Source: Octopus bimaculoides
Lineage: Eukaryota
DNA length: 64,000 nt
Assembly: GCF_001194135.2 (NCBI RefSeq)
Contig: NC_068985.1
Coordinates: 33,326,232 to 33,390,231, forward strand
Reading direction: 5' to 3'
Below the pieces are notes generated by a model. The model saw only the letters and a program-made list of their open reading frames with translations, ran no database searches and was not told the DNA's origin. Made by a program: the position numbers and the translations under genes. Below, in pieces: positions 47,336 to 62,589 of this stretch (position 1 is the stretch's first letter; the number at the start of each line of letters is the position of its first letter).

Positions 47336-50300
47336 TGTTTCAGTATCCATAAATCTTCTCCTATCCATCAAATAAGATAATTTAAGACAGATATTGTAAA
47401 ATGGTGAATTTTTATGATCTACCTGACTCATGAATAGCAAGAAGAGATTATACTCTTAAGAAAAATAAACATTAGACAATCAATTAGAGTAAACTGTTCA
47501 GTAAATACAAATAAAATATTGAATTGCAGAACACTCCACATTTGTGCAACATATCATAACTACTGTGACAATTACTGTTGGCACCACCACCACCACCACT
47601 GCCGCCACCACCATTGTCACCATCATCATTGCCATCATCATTGTTGCAATCTTTATTATGTATCAAACCTTTCCCTCCTTTCCCTTATTATTTGCATGTA
47701 CATCTGTGTGCATAAAATTGCAGTAGATTGAGTCACAGAAAGAAAAAGTAAAAAAAAAAAAGGAGTTAGAAGAACAAGTAAGAAAAATTAAAAATGAAAG
47801 TGGGGAAGTAGAATAGAATAATGCTGAAGAGAAAAATTGTTGTCAGCAATATTAAAAAGATATAAAACAAAAGTAGGAAGAGAGAAAAGGTATTTTGATA
47901 AGGAAAATATGAGAAAAAGGAAGAGCATATAAAGTTATTACTCTGAACAAGTGAGCAAGAGACAACATATTTATATTCTTTGAAGGAGAAAACAAGGAGA
48001 AAGCAAGAAAGAAAATATATTTTAGAAGAACAAAGAAAACGAAGAAATGAATAGTTTCTAATTAGATGCACAAGTGACTGATGTTAATGGCAAATAATTT
48101 TCTTTTAAATAAACAACAATTCTATCTATCTATTTGATATATACTTTTATTCAAGCATTAATTTGAATGTGCAAAATTGTTTTGCAATATTGTGTCTAAT
48201 CAATAACCATTATATTTGATTCTTATACTCATAAAAAACAAATTTATTAATATAATTGTTAGTTTTGACACCATGAAATCGTTTTGTTTATTGAGTACGT
48301 GATCTGAAAACAATGCAAGCTCTTTGAATCTAGTAGTTGGCCATTTTAACTTTACCAGCTGCAGAAAGTAAGGTTTAAATAAAGCAAAGACTGATATTGA
48401 CTCACTGACAAACTATTTGATTAATAAAATATAGTTGAAAAATGGCACTTCAACTGAATGTGTAAGATATTAGATTTTTCATCCATAGCTAGAATTTTGC
48501 TAAAGATGTGTATTAGTATCCATAGAAATAAACCCTCTGTGTTTAATTATTCCCTGTTTATTCTTCATTTTCAAAAATGGCCAAGACCTGATAGCACTTC
48601 TTAAAGAGAATGCAGTTATATAAGCAACCAGAGAATCTTGAATGTTCTCACCTAAGCTACACCTATGTGCCTTTAGGCATAAAAAGAAGCTATAGAAGCA
48701 GTGATACCTTGTCTTTCACAATAAAAGATCCATTGTTTCTTGCACTGTACATAGATTATTGTACAAGAGGGATGTGCCAGATAACTAGTCTTGTTCTTTT
48801 GTCTCTGACTGCTTGAGCCGGAGGCAAGGCAGATTGAAATAATTAGTGGCATTGCAGAGATGCAGTGGATGGAATGGAACAATCTATGTGTTTTGCTGTG
48901 CTCCAAGATATATATCTAACAGCAACATTGCTGGATATTGTTTTTCTGCCTTTTCAAACAACCACTGATGGCTGGGTTCCTTCCTCACTGTTCACCATAA
49001 ATCCAGTTGTTACATATGTTAGGTGATAAGCTGTTAAAAGAATTTACTGTAGATTTAAGACTCATTGCTTAGTCTTTACCTGATTTAGCTAGTCTGCCAA
49101 TGCTGTTGCTCAAAACTGGTGCAGACAGTTTTGGGTTCCACTTGTGAGAGCTGGGTACCAATAGGGAACCAGTGACAGAGGAATTTTTCTGGAAAGGAAT
49201 TAGCAGCACCCCATTCAACAATACTGTCCTCCCTGACACTCTATACCTTATGTTAAGAATAAAATACTAAAGTGCTTGGAAACTTGTATAATATACAGAA
49301 CAATGGTATATCAAAGGTACTGAAACATAATGATAATATAAACTTGAATATTGCTTTATGAAAATGTACCATGCTGTCTGTGTAATGAGGGATAGCATTT
49401 CAAATCTGTCTCTATTCAATACTCCCTACCACCACCTATCTATACTGCTAAACGTCACTCCTTCTCCCTGCAGGTTACTCATTATTAACAAGCATCATTC
49501 TCTCACTCCCTCCCTCTCTCTTTCTATCTCATTCTCTCCCTCTCTTACCATTACCACTCTCTAGAGCAATTCATTACTTGCTCTCTTTTCTTATCATCAC
49601 TACCTTTATGCTGTCCATCACTCTATGCTTTTACATTACTTTTCCCCTATTATTCAATGTTGATTTATAGTAGTCTCACTCCCATCAATCCCTCTTTCAC
49701 TTTTATTATTCTTTCTTCCATCATCTTGTCTCCTACCTCTGTTTCCCTTCCCTCATCATGGTGCTTATGCTATGTTTCTAATCAATCCTCTTACTGGCAA
49801 ATATGTGGCTCCGATCATTGTCTCCCTTCCATTACTCCCTCCTTTACCACTCTCTTCAGCTCATTCATTTCTTTTCTCACAATATACTCTATTCTTTCCC
49901 TCATTTGCTTTGGTTCCAATTTTGTAATCATTCTCTTCTATTTCACACTCTCAATCATGTCTTGAACAAACAGGGACAGTGTACAGTAGAACAGATTCTT
50001 CAGTTTTCTAAGTGACAAGAGCAAGTGCCATGATAAAATGCACTCACTACATTCTTAGAGTCATGAGGATTCTTTGGCCTTAGTGAGGACATGACAACCT
50101 CTCTAGCACTGATGCCACAGTAAGATATACCCAGTACATTCTGTAAAACATTTGCATTAGGAAGGAGTGTTGAACCAAAGAAATTATGTCAAAACCGAAT
50201 GTATGAATAATATGTGACCTCTGACCAATCTAGTGGGGTAGTAACTCCAAATGAGAATTGGCTTAGACCTTGATGACCCATCCAACTCATCCAGTAGAGA

Positions 50301-51399
50301 AAGTGGATATAAAATATAGATGAGGGTGATGATGAAATAATCTGAATTTATATAATAATATACAATTTTTATGAAAGTGTAGATAGCTAAGTTAATTTGA
50401 TACCAGACAGTCAACTGAAAAAGTTAGCTGTTGATGCTCTATTATTGGCATTGCACTAAATCTGTGATTAAGTCACTTAACTCAGAAATGATTCAGTTCA
50501 TCAAGCTGTAAATGAGTACAAAGAAGGAATATCTCACTATTGTAAACTGCAGTTGAACTGTACAGTTGATAAGTGTTTTATTAGTTTCATTTACTTCACT
50601 GTTGTTGATTGACACTTGTGATATGCATAGCTAAGCTAAGAATTTCTCGTTCCTAATCGCTTCATTCATTTATTCATCTAACCTGTTGTACTAACATGTA
50701 CTTTCGTAATGTGTAATTATTTAAATTAATTCTTCAAATAACTTTCAAATTGTATTTCCCTAAAACCTTAGATTTTTCTCTCCGTTTCATAATGTTTTTG
50801 CCATTGTTCTCTAAAATTCGTAAGCACTCTTGTTTTACTTGTCTCTCACTGTTACTATGTTTTTCTCATTTGTAGGTACTCTTGTTTTAAATTGGCCATT
50901 GCTTGTCCATGATGTGCCCACCGATCCCCGCCCCCACCACCTATACTAGATACCTATTTTTGATACTGGAAACCCCTACAGAGCTCTGCCTTGCTTCTCT
51001 ACTATAAGACTTTCACACCTCCATCCCTCCCTCCTCTCTCCTTCCCTGCCACTAACAATTACCCACACTACTACTGCATGCACCAAAACGTGATATGTTA
51101 CTTAGTAAATTATTAGCAAATTAACAAACCACATACCGCCTACTCTCTATATATAATGGACTAACCAATAGCAGATCATTTATATAATTAATTTATACAT
51201 TGACCTATTTATATTTGCAACAGTAATGCTTATATTTACAACACTATTCACCACTAATAGGGACAACAATTTTAACATGTTTAAATGATGGTAGATTAAA
51301 GCGAGACCAAATGATGTGACATGTCTGTTACCAAACGATCATGGAAATCTTTTCAAGTACCCAATACAATCTCTCCTGCCCATGTTCCCTCTCACAGCC

Positions 51400-52265
51400 C
51401 TTTCTCAGCTCTCAGCGTTGGTACTGTTAATGTAGGCACATTGAAGGGTAGGTCTAGTGAGATTGCTGAGATGCTTTAATTGGGACATATTAATGTATGC
51501 TGTATCCAAGAGGTAAGGTGGAGAGGAGCTTCAGCCCACAGGCAAGACACATTGGCATAAAATCTTCTGGGAAGGTAACAGTGATGGAGTAGATGGTGTG
51601 GGCATACTTCTTGCAGAGAAATGGGTGGATAAGGCCATTGAGGTAGTCAGAGTGAGTGATAGAGTGCTTAAGCTCAGGCTAATCTTGTAGAGTAGCATAG
51701 CATTAATTATCTCTGCTTGTGCTCCACAAGTGGTCCTACCAAATGAACAGAAGGACCATTTTTATGATATTCTTCTGCAGGTTACCTCTAAGACTAATGA
51801 CAAGGATCTCATCTTCATGGCTGGTGATTTCAATGGGCATGTTGGACAGCGGCCTGGTATTTTCCATGGTGTACATGGGGCCATGGGACTGATTCCCAAA
51901 ACAAAGAGGGAATAGGCTACTGGAGTTCTATGATGCAACCTATTGATCTACAACACCAACTTCAGGAAACTGACCAGCCAGCTGATAACCTACCAACCAG
52001 GTGGCTATGCTAGCCAGATCAATTACATTCTCACCTGGCAGCAGGATGCAGGGTTGCTCTTAAACACAAAGGCCCTCCCTGGTGAAGAATGTACCCCACT
52101 AGCATAGACTAGTCATTAGTGACTTTAGACTCCAGGCCAGAAGGATGCTAAGAAGCAGACCAATCTGGAAAAGAAGGATTTGGAAGCTTAAAGACCCTTC
52201 ATGTGGTCAGAGATTTAGGGACATCTTTATTGAAAAATTTGATGAGAGGGAGGAGGAGCTACCAA
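51400..52265 (+). mobile_element. RTE endonuclease-region fragment
   Basis: VGTVNVGTLKGRS.EI, CCIQEVRWRGAS, GVGILLAEKWVD, FMAGDFNGHVG, QI.YIL motifs. Confidence 0.85.
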
Positions 52266-54121
52266 GCACCAACTGAGGAGATCAATGGTTTGTTATTGTA
52301 TCACCAGTACTGCATGGTCCATCACCAAAACTCTAGATACTCAGCTGTCAAATTCATCTAGCTCAAACTTGTTTTATAGAGTGGTATAGTTAAGAGCTGT
52401 AAATAGAATCAACAATGTGAAATTTGAGGGTATTTTGTAAGTTTTCTATGCTTAACAACCTGTTGTAAAAGAAAATGTGGAACAAGTGCTATAATAAACC
52501 TTGTGAAAGACCTAAAGCTGTGAAACCGATGACATTAGAAGATGCTCAAAGATGCAGGCATGGTTGAGGGGTTAAACAGTTTACTTCACAACTAAGTGGT
52601 TTTGTATTTGATCACACAGTGAAAAATGCCTTTTATCATAGTCTTAGATCAACCAAAATTTTCTGAGTGAAATTTGTAAGGTGGAAACAGGAAATCCATT
52701 AGAGGAACTGTTCCTATTCTTGAATGATAAACTTAACCTATTGTTTGGTTTAATACCACCACCTGACCATTAAGTGATTTTAGCAAACATTTAGGCCATG
52801 TCTCTGATCTGTGAATAACCTCCTCCTCCCTGCCCCCAGTCTCAGAGGCCCTGAAAAATGTCATAGGTTCTGCCCTTCCTAAATCATGCACAAAAATAAA
52901 TAAATAAATAAGTTGTGAGTAGGAAAGGGAAACTTCCAGTAATACAATATTTAGTGAAAAGGAATTTTTTTCCATTGTCAACTATCATGCCAATCACATT
53001 TGTCAATGATATGGTTTATATGATGCAAATCTGATATTAATATAAAACTTTTAGGAAACACTTTGACATTTACAAAGCCATGATTTCAAGTATTTAGTAC
53101 AGATTCTAGTCCCTATCTATAAAAATTTTTTTTTTCTTTTCTGTAATATGTTTAAACAGGCATTACTTAGGTAAATTGCAGAACATAATATAATGTTGTT
53201 GTTATTCAGCTTCAAGTCAGTCCTTATTGAACACATCTATGATCAAAGGTGTTCCAGCTATGACCATTCTATCTTTCTATGAATGTCAGCAACTACATTA
53301 TCCAACTTGTCATTTCTCTTAATTTTCTAATGCTAAAGTGTGATTTGAAGAAAATTTGACAGCTATTTTTAGCAGGTAAAATGGTCATGTAAGCACTCAC
53401 TTGTTAGCTTATAATTAACATTATTTAGTCCCAGGTTAACCCTGATTGAAAAAAACCAAAGATTGAAATTATTTCAGCTGCAAGCATCCTGTCTTTTTGT
53501 ATGAATAGAACTTCACTGTTCAATATAATCTCCTTTTTTTAAGGTGGTATGGTGTCAGTTGAAAGAATTTGGTTGCTATTTCTGGTAAGTTGATGACTAT
53601 GTAGAGGCTTCTTTGTTGGCTTGCTTTCTCTGCTGCTGCTGCTGTTGCTGTATAACTTCAGTCAACCCTGTTAGTATACAGATGACCAAGTCAGTAAAAC
53701 CCAAGAAGAATTTGTAGATATATGTTAGATATGATAGGATCTAATGTTATTTGAAAAAACAGTTTCTATTCGATTGCACAGGCTACAATCAATTCATGGC
53801 TATAACATTCATATGTTAGTATTGCATGCCTCACACAATTTGTATATTCTACAGACTGAACCTCACTAATACAGGATATACTAGTCTAACAGTTTTGATG
53901 GTTTGGAATGGTAATTTGAATCTGGCAGTCATTAGAATATGATGGCTGCTTGGCCAGCTGTGGTGTCCTGCATTATGTCTGCCAAATCTGACTTACAGTG
54001 GTTGATGCTGCAACAGAGGGATAGTTATTAACTATTTTTACTGATATTCTCCCTTTATATATGTCTCCTAAGATTGTAATGAAAGAGGTGGTACACAGCA
54101 AAATGTAAACAGTGACATTAA

Positions 54122-54319
54122 CCCATTTGTTACCATATTTCTGCCAACATACACTGCTTTTGTTTCAATTAATTTTTAATATAATGAATTATTTAGTAAA
54201 ACAAATTTCTCATTATTGAGCTGGGGTCTGGAACAAATTAACATAAAATTTTCGTGGGAGATTATAAGTTTATGTCAAAGAACCTGGGGCGGTACTCAGG
54301 CAGGTTGGTATCAACAGAG
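54122..54319. mobile_element. TTAA-flanked MITE (piggyBac-like)
   Basis: TTAA at 54118-21 and 54320-23; degenerate TIR cccatttgttacc / ggtatcaacagag. Confidence 0.6.
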
Positions 54320-54329
54320 TTAAATCTGT

Positions 54330-54800
54330 TACAGAAGGTGTCAGTACTGAAACAGAGTTTAGACTGATACACTGATGAAAGCCTTGTGTGCAGAATATGA
54401 TAGAGGCTCATCAACAATGTATGATGCTAAGAAACAAGAGAAAATAATAAAGTATTATCTGGCACCAAAATCAAGAATGTTTTCCAAAATAGTAAAAGCA
54501 TTAAAAGAAAGTAAGCAGACATAGGTGGAAAGGACTCTTAAGCAATGGTGGCAACAGTTTTGTGATGATGATAGAATTTCTGGAGAAATTATCTTTGAAC
54601 AGGCTAAAATATTCATAAGTAATTTAATATTCAAGAACATTTTAAATATTCAAATGCCTGACTTCACCTGTTTAAGGCACTTTATCAGTTGATATGATGC
54701 GTATTGTGAAAAGAAAATGCTGATGAAGCCACTGCTTTAGCTTATGTGAATATGTTTGCAAACTAAGTGACCAGTGGAAATTTATCAGCATAATCTAATT
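54330..54800 (+). mobile_element. Decayed Tigger/pogo (CENP-B HTH) transposase fragment
   Basis: EYD.GSST.YD.KKQ.K, ERTLKQW, ISGEIIFEQAKIF, ADE..A..YV..F pattern with stops. Confidence 0.7.
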
Positions 54801-55689
54801 ATGTAAAGTCACAAACACTTAAGGATATATTTCAGAGGGTTACCAACAAGAATATTTAGCAACCCCATAGCAGTATTCAAAATCTTCTTCCTAGTACCTC
54901 CTCAGCTCATAAAAGATGATGACACAGATGTTAAACCCATCTGATGTTTCTCAACTTTAATCTCAAGACGTGTAGAAGCATAAATACATTTTAGAAGTGA
55001 GTTTATAGAAAAAGTTAAAGTAAATGAATAACTGATTTTTTAAATTCTTTTATTTTTTTTACTTGTTTCAGTTATTTGATTGTAGCCATGCTGGAGTACC
55101 ACCTTGACAAGTTTTAGTTGAACAAGTCAACCCCAGGACTTATTTTCTGAAGCCAAGTACTTATTCTATTGGTCTCTTTTGCCAAACTGCTAAGTTATGG
55201 GGATGTAAACACATCAACACCAGTTGTCAAGCAGTGAGGGTGGGGGGCAAACATAGACACAAAGACACACATGGATACACACACACACACACATACATGT
55301 ACACACACACACACACACACATACACACACACACACACACACAATACAAATAAGAAGGTGACATTTTTTTGAATGCAGATTTGCCATTAGAACAGCAGAG
55401 ATACTGAGNNNNNNNNNNATATACACACAGCGGGCATCTTCTTTCTGTTTCCGTCTTCCAAATCCACTCACAAGGCTTTGGTCAGCCTGAGGCTATAGTA
55501 GAAGACACTTGCCCAAGGTGCCATGCAATGGCACTGAATCCCAAACAAGCATCTTACCACACAGCCATGCCTGCACTTAAAAAGAAAGTGACTTCTTTTA
55601 TCTTTTAGTTTTTTCACTCATTAGACTGTGGCCAAGCTGGGGCATTTCCTTGAAGTTTTAGTTGAATGAATTGCCCCCAAGTTGGTTTA

Positions 55690-55925
55690 ATCACTCTTCA
55701 TTGAACTCAACTGGACGGCCAGAATGAGATGTGTCTTTGCGGTCAAAATTTCCATTTTTGAACTTAGCATACCAATCATGTCAGTTCTTTCGGTTATGGC
55801 ACCCTCTCCATACACAGCACAAATGTCGCAAGCAGCTTTTGCAGCCTTAGAACCTTGTTTAAAAGCAAAAAGATGTCGAAAATGCCCGTTTTTCTTAATG
55901 TGACATTCCATTTTAATGATCTGAA
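55690..55925 (-). mobile_element. mariner transposase N-terminal fragment
   Basis: MECHIKKNGHFRHLFAFKQGSKAAKAACDICAVYGEGAITERT, a mariner HTH. Confidence 0.85.
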
Positions 55926-56819
55926 AATAAACAAAAATTAACTAAAATTAACTAGAGAAAAAACAAAATAGATTCCAAAATGATTCAAAAATAGAATTCT
56001 TGAAAAAAAATAGATTCCAAAATTTAAAAACACAATAAATNNNNNNNNNNNNNNNNNNNNNNNNNNNNNNNNNNNNNNNNNNNNNNNNNNNNNNNNNNNN
56101 NNNNNNNNNNNNNNNNNNNNNNNNNNNNNNNNNNNNNNNNNNNNNNNNNNNNNNNNNNNNNNNNNNNNNNNNNNNNNNNNNNNNNNNNNNNNNNNNNNNN
56201 NNNNNNNNNNNNNNNNNNNNNNATATATATATATATATATATACATTGGGCTTCTTTCAGTTTCTGTCTACCAAATCTACTTACAAGGCTTTGGTTGGCC
56301 CGAGGCTATAGTAGAAGATACTTGCCCAAGGTGCCATGCAGTGGAACTGAACCTGGAACCATGTGGTTAGGAAACAAGCTTCTTACCACACAGACACTCC
56401 TGATTTGTTCATAACTTTTACGTAATGTTTCACAGGTATAAGTAGGCCTATTTTTCTTTGCTTTTTCTACTAATCTATTTACTTTGTCTTACAGCACAGC
56501 AAACTTGTCTCCAAAAACTAGTAGTAAGCCTGAACTCAGTTTATACCTTTTTCATTATCATATTTAACTTGTGTCAATATTAATAATACAGTGCAGTATC
56601 TGCATTATTTTATAATTCTTCTTTAAACATAAACTTCACTAGTTCAGAAAATCTGCTACTTTGGTATGCAGATTGGTGAGGTTTAATCTGTATATCATGT
56701 AATTCAGTTTGACTGGACTGTCATATGATCAGTGCCAGTTAACATGGTTACCAGTTTGATGAAGAAGGTTTAGTTACTAGGGGAAGAAGGCTTCAACTTG
56801 GATAAACACTTTCTTTTAT

Positions 56820-57065
56820 TCTTTAATTCTTTTATTTGCCTCAGTCATTTGACTGCAGCCATGCTGGAGCACTGCCTTGAAGGGTTTTAGTTGAACAAAT
56901 AGACTCCAAGACTTCGTTTTTTTAAAGCCTAGTGCTTATTCTATTGATCTCTTTTGCTGAATTGGTAAGTTACAGGGATGTAAACACACTAACACTGGTT
57001 GGCAAGCGGTGATGTGGGAGGAGGACAAACACAGACACACACACACACACACACACACCATCATC

Positions 57066-57101
<36 letters not shown>

Positions 57102-57555
57102 GTTTAACATCTGTTTTCCATGCTGACGTGGGTTGGATGGTTTGACTGAGGACTGGCAAGCTGGTAGGCTGCACCAAGTTCCAATCTGATTTGGCAAGGT
57201 TTCTACAGCTGGATGCCCTTCCTAATGCCAACCACTCTGAGAGTGTAGTGGGTGCTTTTTATGTGCCACTGGCATCAATCATGTTTGAATGGTGTTTTTT
57301 TACATGCCACCGGCATAGGAGCCAATCAGGAGACATTGGCATCTATCACATTCAGATGATGCTTTTTATGTGCCACCAGCACAGGAGCCAGTCAGGAAGC
57401 ACTGGGTTTCTTTCAGTTTTTGTCCACCAAATGCACTCACAAGGTTTTGGTCAGCCTGTGGTTATAGTAGAAGACACTTGCCCAAGGTGCCATGCAGTGG
57501 GACAGAACCTGGAACAACGTAGTTGGGAAGCAAGCTTCTTACCACACAGCCACAC
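56820..57555 (-). mobile_element. tRNA-SINE split at its microsatellite by an RTE 3' tail (about 57062-57400)
   Basis: SINE 3' body 56820-57060, (CAT)n + RTE tail, SINE head 57405-57555, all on the - strand. Confidence 0.8.
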
Positions 57556-59029
57556 CAAACATTTTACAGTTGGTCTACATCGAAAAAGCACATTACCTGA
57601 TATATTGCAGTGGTAATAAATGATCTGCCTTTGCTCTATGTACCTAGTACATACCTGCGAGAAATGGCTCAGGATGCTAGAAATGTATTTCGTGGCAGTT
57701 CCAACAGATGACAACAGGGAAACAACGATTTTATTATATACTGAAAGAGAAGACTTCATGAAATTTATCATGTACTAAATGACAATAAATTTACTCATGA
57801 AAGTACAAAGGAATTACTGATTTCTTAGTTTCAACTCACAAAATATTTGACTTAGGAGAGGAGAATACTCCAGTCTGTTTCACCCCAAGATAAAAGGTCC
57901 TCATTTAGCTGTATTACTCAACTAAAAACAAATGTGATTTTGATAAGTATGATACTGGTCAATTCAGTGTGATGTGTCACACTATGGGAATAAAATTGTT
58001 GTAGGTACCTAGTATCACATTTGAACAATTGATAGAAATGGTGCAGATACATATAGTTGAGTGATTTTCAACCATTTGTTTTTCTATGCAGCTTTTACTT
58101 CAAAGTTCAGAATGTCATTTGACCTTTCAAAGATTGTTAAGCATTTCAAATAATATGTATATAATACTGAAAATCCATTTTTTCCCCATTTTGCTGGCCT
58201 TCACCTGTTTCTGAGTAAGGTAATATTTCTCCATAACCAGACATATCTTCATGGAAGATTGGAAACAAATGATGATGATGCTTGCTTACAACCATCACAT
58301 ATCAAAATAAGTAGACATAAAACACATACACACACATGTACATGCACACAACATACATATATATGCATACACACACATATACACATACACACACATTATA
58401 TATACATACACACATATATATATACATATGTTCATACATACATACATGCATACATACATATATACATACATACATACACATATGACAGGCTTCTTTCAGT
58501 TTCCATCTATTAAATCCATTCACAAGGATTTGGTTGACCCAGAGCTATAGTAGATGACATTTGCCTAACATGGGACTGAACTCAAAATCATGTGATTGGA
58601 AAGCAAACTTCCTAACAACAGGGCTATGCCAATAAATGTATACATACACATGTACATACATAAACTTAGTTTCAACTTTGCAGCATGAAATAGACTTATA
58701 TGCTATCAATCTATGCCTGTAATATCTCCAGATATTCTGCTACCAACATTTAATAGCTTTGTAAATTAAAACTTATTAAAGAAAATATGTTCTACTCAGA
58801 AACACAACAAAATACCAACAACAGATTTAAACTAGAAAAGAATTTTCTTTCCATTTTTACTGATGTCTCATGAAGTTCTGACCCTTTGGATTAATTTTTG
58901 ATACATTTCTCTTGATACATCTATCAATTTTCTTCAGGCAAATTTCACAGCAATTTAGTTGCATAAAGAAAGAAACAATTTCCCTCATCTCTTACTGTTA
59001 TTATAATTAATGTAAGAAGAATCTTTATC

Positions 59030-59396
<367 letters not shown>

Positions 59397-59595
59397 ATCA
59401 AGGTGGTGAGCTGGCAGAATCATTAGCATGCTGGATGAAATGCTTAGGGGTATTTCGTCTATTGCTCTGTTCTGAGTTCAAATTCTGCTGAGATCGGCTT
59501 TGCCTTTGCTCCCTTCAGGGTCCATAAAATAAGTACCAGTTGAAGACTGCATTGATGTAATTGACTCATCCCCTCCCCCAAAATTGCTGCCCTTG
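59397..59595 (+). mobile_element. tRNA-derived SINE, (TTA)-tailed family
   Basis: ggtggtgagctggcagaatc...gagttcaaattct...aaaataagtaccagt; same family as the 62.2-63.9 kb cluster. Confidence 0.8.
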
Positions 59596-60329
59596 TGGCA
59601 AAATTTGAAACCATTATTATTGTTGTTCTTCTTCTTCTTTGAATTTGTTGTTGTTTTTTAAATCATAAACATGTTCAGGATGAAAGGTGTTAGCTGGCTC
59701 ATTCAAACATGCCAAAGAAGTAAACAAGAACAACAACACAAGAACAACAAGAACAACAACACAAACAATAATTGCAAATAGAAACTGAATCACATACAAT
59801 ATTCTTTGCTGATATGGGTAGCCTGTTAAATCTTTCAATGATATGTTAAAACTCTATTGATAAAAAAATTAGGAAGATTTTCCACAATCATACTAGTTTT
59901 AAATACTCGTTTTGCTAATTTCTCTGCTCTGCATCAACCTCCCCTGCCATATCTCTCATAGAAATATTTCTTACCCTTCTGGCATGCTTTCTCTTTTGAT
60001 TGAGATTTCTCATGCTCTTCTCCATTCATATGCGCCAAACCTTCGTTCACACAATCCTTCCACCACTTTTTTCTCATCCTTTCATTATCCTCTTACTCAT
60101 TGCCTCACTCTCTCTTTGCATGTGAACACTCTTTCCACAACTTATTTTCTTCATTCAATTCTCTTCTTCCCAATCAGCTTAGGTTTCTAAAACTCCCAAG
60201 CAATGAGTCTGCCATACAAATTATTCAAGTTCAGAGTGATTCATGTCTCAAAAATTGTGCATAAAACTCTCTTCTTCGCTGGACAATACATTGTATGTTA
60301 ACATTCTTGATTTAAACTTGTTTATGTGG

Positions 60330-61048
60330 TATACATACNNNNNNNNNNGTATATATATATATATATATATATATATGAATATATCTTGATGATAATATGC
60401 AATGTATGCACATACATACACACACACACACATATGGTGTATATACATATATTCATATACACATATATACATGTGTGTGTATATGTATATATCAATTTCC
60501 TCCTCATCATCATGATCATTGTTGTCATCATTATCATTGTCATCGTCGTCATCATCATCATCATCATTATCATCATCACCATCACCCATCACCCATCACC
60601 CATCATCATCATCATCATCACCATCACCATCACCATCAACATCATTATCATCGCTTAACATCCGTTTTCCATATATATATATATATATATCATTATTAAT
60701 CATAGGGCAGCAAAAGAAATTTTAGAAATTTAATTTACCACCAGTGGTAAATATATTTAGGCAAGAAATTTGGGTCAAGAGGGTAAAGAAAGGCACAATG
60801 AAGACAAAATTGGAAGAGCATTGTGACCAGCAGTGTATAACATCATCTGGTGGTCTAGTTGATACTGTGATAGCGTCATAGTGTGATAAATATTTATATT
60901 CATATATACATATATATATATACATGCATGCATGCATACATACACATTTATATATATGTGGATATATCTCACAAACACACATGCACACACACACACACAC
61001 ACAAAACACACACGCACACACACACACAAACACACACAAACACACACA

Positions 61049-61086
<38 letters not shown>

Positions 61087-61222
61087 TCAATAAGAAGTTG
61101 GCCACACTTCCTATTCTTTTTATTTCCATTCATTCCTTCTCTTACTATTATTTTCTACTTCACACTCCTTTTTCTTCTATCTTTCAATAATTTTCTCTCA
61201 CTTTTTGGCATTCACACACACA

Positions 61223-61267
<45 letters not shown>

Positions 61268-61608
61268 NNNNNNNNNNNNNNNNNNNNNNNNNNNNNNNNN
61301 NNNNNNNNNNNNNNNNNNNNNNNNNNNNNNNNNNNNNNNNNNNNNNNNNNNNNNNNNNNNNNNNNNNNNNNNNNNNNNNNNNNNNNNNNNNNNNNNNNNN
61401 NNNNNNNNNNNNNNNNNNNNNNNNNNNNNNNNNNNNNNNNNNNNNNNNNNNNNNNNNNNNNNNNNNNNNNNNNNNNNNNNNNNNNNNNNNNNNNNNNNNN
61501 NNNNNNNNNNNNNNNNNNNNNNNNNNNNNNNNNNNNNNNNNNNNNNNNNNNNNNNNNNNNNNNNNNNNNNNNNNNNNNNNNNNNNNNNNNNNNNNNNNNN
61601 NNNNNNNN

Positions 61609-61672
<64 letters not shown>
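60330..61672. repeat. Compound (AT)/(AC)/(CAT)/(CT) microsatellite field with gaps
   Basis: Direct reading; N-runs at 60339-48 and 61268-61608. Confidence 0.95.
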
Positions 61673-62194
61673 AACCTTAGACTGTCATTATGCAAATGAC
61701 ATTCCCTGCTCCTACTTCTACATTCAATTCTCTCTTTAACTCAAACTATTCCACTTCTAGTTGTTAATCTCTACCCAGAGGCTCTCATCCCCTCTACCAA
61801 CCCACCACAGTTTGTTCAGTTAGAAGAGCCTTTCAACTTACAATATGACAAAGGAATGCTTATCAAAAGTCACAGCACTCCTACAAAAGTTGTTTTCAAT
61901 ATGGGATATATAGACATATACATACACATCCTACAGACAATAGAAATATTTTTCAGGATATGTAAAAAAAAAGTACAACAAAAAAAATTGCGAAAAATAA
62001 ACATTTTAATCAGAAAATGATCTAGATTTTTTGCCTTGCTTTTTTTAAACAGAAGACAAAAATTTTTTTAAATGAATAAACTTATGGATATGTACACACA
62101 CACACACACACATATATATGCATGTGTGTGTGTGTGTGTGTGCATGTGTCTGTATGTATATAAAAATGTTTTACATACAGATATATAATTTTTT

Positions 62195-62378
62195 ATATGG
62201 GCACAAGGTTAAAATTTGAGTAGGATGAGTCAGTTAAATCTACTCCAATACTTGACTGGAGTATTTTATTTGGCTGTTCCAAAAGGATGAAAGGCAAAGG
62301 TGATCTTAGCAGAAGTAGAAATTAGAACATAATGTGTAGCTAAATACGGCTTAACTAATTATGCCAATCCACCAGCCT

Positions 62379-62412
<34 letters not shown>

Positions 62413-62541
62413 GTTTCAAATTTTGCCACAAGGGCAGCAATTTGGGGGGAGGGGATGAGCTGATTACATTGACTCCAGTGTTCAACTGGTACTTATTTTA
62501 TCGACCCCCAAAAAGATGAACGGTGAAGTCAACCTCGGTGA

Positions 62542-62589
<48 letters not shown>

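Noticed and set aside
53158-56523. Plus-strand mini exon chain (about 53158-53168, 53853-53908, 56495-56523)
   Set aside because: Very short, no homology; shows how easily chance chains arise in this AT-rich DNA.
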